The translations under genes were made by a program, and so were the position numbers. DNA of 64,000 nucleotides, taken from contig JAZKHJ010000020.1 in assembly GCA_040385485.1 (NCBI GenBank), positions 27,843-91,842 on the forward strand, written 5' to 3'. This document shows positions 61,667 through 64,000 of this stretch, one piece after another. The number at the start of each line of letters is the position of its first letter. The first letter of the stretch is position 1. Source of the stretch: Pseudomonadota bacterium. GTDB taxonomy: Bacteria > Pseudomonadota > Gammaproteobacteria > Burkholderiales > Burkholderiaceae_C. The notes under the pieces are model-generated. The model was not told the DNA's origin, made no database searches, and was given only the letters and a program-made list of their open reading frames with translations.

Positions 61667-61682
61667 GGCACGGGGTATGCAC
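61667..61682 (+). promoter_or_regulatory. second, proximal sigma-54-like element before nirB
   Basis: TGGCACggggtATGCA with GG-N10-GC spacing, 36 nt upstream of the ATG. It overlaps the 3' side of a strong GC hairpin (61629-61666), so it may be fortuitous. Confidence 0.3.
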
Positions 61683-61717
61683 CTGACGTCTAGCGAATCA
61701 CAACTGGAGTAGCCGCG

Positions 61718-64000
61718 ATGAAGAAATCAAAACTGGTGATGGTGGGCAACGGCATGGCCGGTGTGCGCACGCTCGAAGAGTTGCTCAAGATCGCGCCCGA
61801 CCTTTACGACATCACGGTGTTCGGCGCCGAGCCCCACCCCAACTACAACCGCATCCTGCTCTCGCCGGTGCTCGCGGGTGAGCAGACGCTGGACGAGATC
61901 GTGCTCAACGACTGGGCCTGGTACACCGAGAACGGCGTCACCCTGCACGCGGGCAAGACCGTGACCGAGGTGGACCGCATCAAGCGCGTCGTGCGCGCCA
62001 CGGATGCCGACGGCAGCGTGATCGAAGCGCCCTACGACCGCCTGATCATGGCCACCGGCTCCAACCCCTTCATGCTGCCGCTGCCCGGCAAGGATCTGCA
62101 AGGCGTGCTGGCCTACCGCGACATCGCCGACACGCAGGCCATGATCGACGCGACCACGAAATACAAGCACGCGGTCGTCATCGGCGGCGGCCTTCTCGGC
62201 CTGGAAGCGGCCAACGGCCTGATGAAGCGCGGCATGACGGTGAGCGTGGTGCACGTGGCGCCCTGGCTCATGGAGCGCCAGCTCGACGACGTGGCGGGCA
62301 AGCTGTTGCAGGCTTCGCTGGAGACGCGCGGCATGAAGTTCCTGATCGGCGCGCAGACGCAGGAGCTGGTGGGGGGTGATGACGGCCGCGTGAAAGCCAT
62401 CCGCTTCAAGGACGGCACCGAGTTGCCGGCCGACCTGGTGGTGATGGCCGTGGGCATCCGCCCCAACACGGCGCTGGCCGAGAGCATGCGCCTGCACGTG
62501 AACAAGGGCATCGTGGTGAGCGACACGCTGCAGACCGTCACCGATCCGCGCATTTACGCGGTGGGCGAATGCGCGGCACACCGCGGTATCGCCTACGGCC
62601 TGGTGGCGCCACTGTTCGAGCAGGGCAAGGTGCTCGCCACGCACCTGGCCGAGTTCGGCATCGGCCGCTACACCGGCTCGCTCACCTCGACCAAGCTCAA
62701 GGTCACCGGCATCGACCTGTTCTCCGCCGGCAACTTCACCGGTGGCGCCGACACCGAAGAGATCGTGATGAGCGATCCCTCGGGCGGCGTCTACAAGAAA
62801 CTCGTGATCCAGGGCGACAAGCTGGTGGGCGCCTGCCTGTATGGCGACACGGTGGACGGCTCCTGGTACTTCAAGCTGCTGCGCGATGGCCGCAGCGTGG
62901 GCGACATCCGCGACAAGCTCATGTTCGGCGAATCCAACATCGGCGACGTGGGCCACCAGGGCCAGAGCAAGGCATCGGCCATGGCCGACTCCGACGAGGT
63001 CTGCGGCTGCAACGGCGTGACCAAGGGTGCCATCTGCAAGGCCATCAAGGACAAGGGCCTGTTCACGCTGGAGGAGGTGCGCAAGCAGACCAAGGCCAGT
63101 GCCTCCTGCGGTTCGTGCACCGGCCTGGTGGAGCAGATCCTGATGTTCACCGCCGGTGGCGACTACTCGGCCACGCCCAAGATGAAAGCCATGTGCGGCT
63201 GCACCGACCACGGCCACGCAGCGGTGCGCGAAGCCATCCGCACGCCACTGCCCGACGGCGGCAAGCTGCTCACCACGGCCCAGGTGTTTGCCCACCTGAA
63301 CTGGAAGACGCCCAACGGCTGCGCGAGCTGCCGCCCAGCCGTCAACTACTACCTGATCAGCACCTGGCCCAAGGAAGCCAAGGACGATCCGCAATCGCGC
63401 TACATCAACGAGCGCTCGCACGCCAACATCCAGAAAGACGGCACCTACTCGGTGATCCCGCGCATGTGGGGTGGCGAGACCACGGCCGACGAGCTGCGCC
63501 GCATCGCCGACGCGGTGGACAAGTACAAGATTCCCACCGTGAAGGTCACGGGCGGCCAGCGCATCGACCTGCTGGGCGTGAAGAAGGAAGACCTGGTCAA
63601 CGTCTGGAAAGACATCGGCATGCCCTCCGGTCATGCCTACGCCAAGGCCCTGCGAACGGTGAAAACCTGCGTGGGCTCCGAGTGGTGCCGCATGGGCACA
63701 CAGGACAGCACCCAGATGGGCAAGGACCTGGAGCGCGCCATGTGGCGCATGTACGCGCCGCACAAGGTGAAGTTCGCCGTCTCGGGCTGCCCGCGCAACT
63801 GCGCCGAGGCCGGCATCAAGGACGTGGGCGTCATCGGTGTCGACTCCGGCTGGGAGATGTACATCGCCGGCAACGGCGGCATCAAGACCGAGGTGGCGCA
63901 CTTCTTCGTCAAGGTGAAGACGGCGGCCGAGGTGCTGGAATACACAGGCGCCTTCTGCGAGCTCTACCGCCAGGAAGGCTGGTACCTGGAGCGCACGGTG
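61718..64000 (+). CDS. nirB: NAD(P)H-dependent assimilatory nitrite reductase large subunit, 3' end beyond window
   Basis: ATG at 61718 with GGAG 9 nt upstream. My translation starts MKKSKLVMVGNGMAGVRTLEELLKIAPDLYDITVFGAEPHPNYNRILLSPVL (FAD/NAD fold). Later come a BFD-like 2Fe-2S motif (CGCNGVTKGAICKAI and CGSCTG) and a sulfite/nitrite reductase half-domain. The frame stays open to base 64000; it is absent from the track because there is no stop. Confidence 0.92.
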   Translation, partial: MKKSKLVMVGNGMAGVRTLEELLKIAPDLYDITVFGAEPHPNYNRILLSPVLAGEQTLDEIVLNDWAWYTENGVTLHAGKTVTEVDRIKRVVRATDADGSVIEAPYDRLIMATGSNPFMLPLPGKDLQGVLAYRDIADTQAMIDATTKYKHAVVIGGGLLGLEAANGLMKRGMTVSVVHVAPWLMERQLDDVAGKLLQASLETRGMKFLIGAQTQELVGGDDGRVKAIRFKDGTELPADLVVMAVGIRPNTALAESMRLHVNKGIVVSDTLQTVTDPRIYAVGECAAHRGIAYGLVAPLFEQGKVLATHLAEFGIGRYTGSLTSTKLKVTGIDLFSAGNFTGGADTEEIVMSDPSGGVYKKLVIQGDKLVGACLYGDTVDGSWYFKLLRDGRSVGDIRDKLMFGESNIGDVGHQGQSKASAMADSDEVCGCNGVTKGAICKAIKDKGLFTLEEVRKQTKASASCGSCTGLVEQILMFTAGGDYSATPKMKAMCGCTDHGHAAVREAIRTPLPDGGKLLTTAQVFAHLNWKTPNGCASCRPAVNYYLISTWPKEAKDDPQSRYINERSHANIQKDGTYSVIPRMWGGETTADELRRIADAVDKYKIPTVKVTGGQRIDLLGVKKEDLVNVWKDIGMPSGHAYAKALRTVKTCVGSEWCRMGTQDSTQMGKDLERAMWRMYAPHKVKFAVSGCPRNCAEAGIKDVGVIGVDSGWEMYIAGNGGIKTEVAHFFVKVKTAAEVLEYTGAFCELYRQEGWYLERTV

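Noticed and set aside
61727-63901. 724-aa minus-strand ORF
   Set aside because: It lies antisense to nirB, whose plus-strand frame translates into canonical NirB motifs from the ATG at 61718.

Overview
High-G+C chromosomal segment with gene content and synteny typical of a betaproteobacterium. The tpiA-secG-tRNA-Leu-nuoA..N order and the DUF2818/NUDIX/DUF1178 tail after nuoN suggest Burkholderiales, possibly Comamonadaceae; that placement comes from memory, not a search. Most of the window is ordinary core genome. In order it holds: a partial FAH-family gene; the grpE-dnaK-dnaJ heat-shock locus with sigma-32-type promoters; a short lower-G+C islet (GNAT plus a small orphan); a ZIP metal transporter; a beta-CASP MBL hydrolase; a lytic transglycosylase; a YafY/WYL regulator divergent from a GST; YbjQ; a SAM methyltransferase; a transglutaminase-like protein; an FtsX-type permease plus AttH-like protein with no ATPase; a DUF898/M48 peptidase pair; an ABCB-type exporter; the giant NAD-glutamate dehydrogenase; a lower-G+C secreted orphan; the complete 14-gene nuo operon; tRNA-Leu(GAG); secG; tpiA; a quinone oxidoreductase; pnp-rpsO with their classical leader hairpin and terminator; an aminotransferase coupled to an orphan LivK-type binding protein; tsaD; and a nitrate-assimilation cluster (nasR-like, nrtABD, narK-type, PP2C/kinase fusion, REC-ANTAR-NarX-like regulator, nirB truncated at the window end). 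I saw no transposase, integrase, phage gene, CRISPR array, rRNA or recognisable defence gene, so I cannot claim a novel system. The most interesting material is regulatory and lies at 52.1-61.7 kb. There are two different ANTAR antiterminators. GG-N10-GC (sigma-54-type) promoter elements precede all four transcription units. Small hairpins with A1/G4 hexaloops (AACGGC / AACGAC) recur in three leader or intergenic regions, and one of them is embedded in the 5' arm of a clear intrinsic terminator. A PP2C-Ser/Thr-kinase fusion is tightly coupled to a pseudo-receiver ANTAR regulator. The many long antisense or alternative-frame ORFs in the track are high-G+C shadow ORFs and were rejected.
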